From positions 27,962,001 through 28,026,000 of the forward strand of contig CM022673.1 of assembly GCA_012295275.1 (NCBI GenBank): a stretch of DNA of 64,000 nt, read 5' to 3'. The notes beneath the pieces are model-generated. The model did not search any database. It had not been told where the DNA came from and was given only the letters and a program-made list of their open reading frames with translations. A program made the translations under genes and the position numbers. Positions 63,256 through 64,000 of this stretch are shown in pieces. Within the stretch, counting starts at the first letter, position 1. Each line of letters begins with the position of its first letter. This DNA comes from Chrysomallon squamiferum. Taxonomy: Eukaryota; Animalia; Mollusca.

Positions 63256-64000
63256 TTTAAACAGAGGTCTTGTTATATACATATATGATTTTTTTTCTCT
63301 TTGTACAAGCTGAATATTACTGATGGTAGAAAGCATATACAGCGACAAATAATGAACGTTTATTAAAGTGGAGTTCTGTTCCCATCCATTTCTGTCTGTC
63401 TGCATGTGTGTCTAATGTGTCTGTCTGACTGTTATTATCTGTTATACAAAATGTGTATTATTTTTCTCCATGTTTAGGCTTGTATGCTTTATTTTGTCAC
63501 CTATCTTTAGATAATAATTGATTATGAAGAAAGAAGGTTGGCGAAACAACCAAGAAGCGACTGATACAATTATCTGTATGTTTCTGTACATCTTTCTGTA
63601 TACTGGCATTCAGTATTTATTTTTTCTTAAATAATGGTTCAAAGACCTCAAAAGCCACAGAAGAATGTTATCTAAGTATCTGTATATACAGATATCAATA
63701 TCTGTATATATATATCTGTACAATAATTCTTTGTTTAAAAAAGAAGAAAAAGAAGAAAAGAGTTACGTTTCATCACCGTTGTGTTTTTTTATCTGTAAAT
63801 CGTGGAATGAGATGAATTCAGTTTAACCCTTACTGTATTACACAGATTTTTGGGGGTTTGTAGGCTTATGAGATAAATGAAAGAAATAAATTGTTTTTGT
63901 CAGTCTGATCGGCAAATAGTTACATTTTTTAAAGTGTGATTTAAAATTGTTACACTTCAGTGATTGGTTGTAACAAAGGCTTCTGATTTCCACCCTCAGT

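Overview
AT-rich, microsatellite-dense eukaryotic genomic DNA, probably an invertebrate such as a mollusc (inferred from SINE-like relics and protein style). Most of the six-frame ORFs are repeat artefacts. Supported content, left to right: (1) a hAT (Buster/Charlie-type) DNA transposon on the minus strand with a stop-interrupted transposase, one intact terminus at 2503 and a nested 239-bp MITE flanked by an 8-bp target-site duplication; (2) a complete + strand fatty acyl-CoA reductase gene (FAR1-like) with 12 coding exons, CDS 5302-16850, 554 aa; (3) a convergent minus-strand fuzzy (FUZ) gene, CDS 55617-26233, with a 21.2-kb third intron containing islands of complex non-coding sequence. Its ninth exon appears disrupted by a frameshift plus a 30-nt insertion copied from the neighbouring intron; a 15-nt microexon could restore the frame; (4) a CpG-rich, probably bidirectional promoter at about 55.4-56.6 kb with candidate non-coding first exons of an unidentified + strand gene that would run off the window. 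Exon boundaries were read by eye from GT-AG sites and frame continuity; no database search was run.
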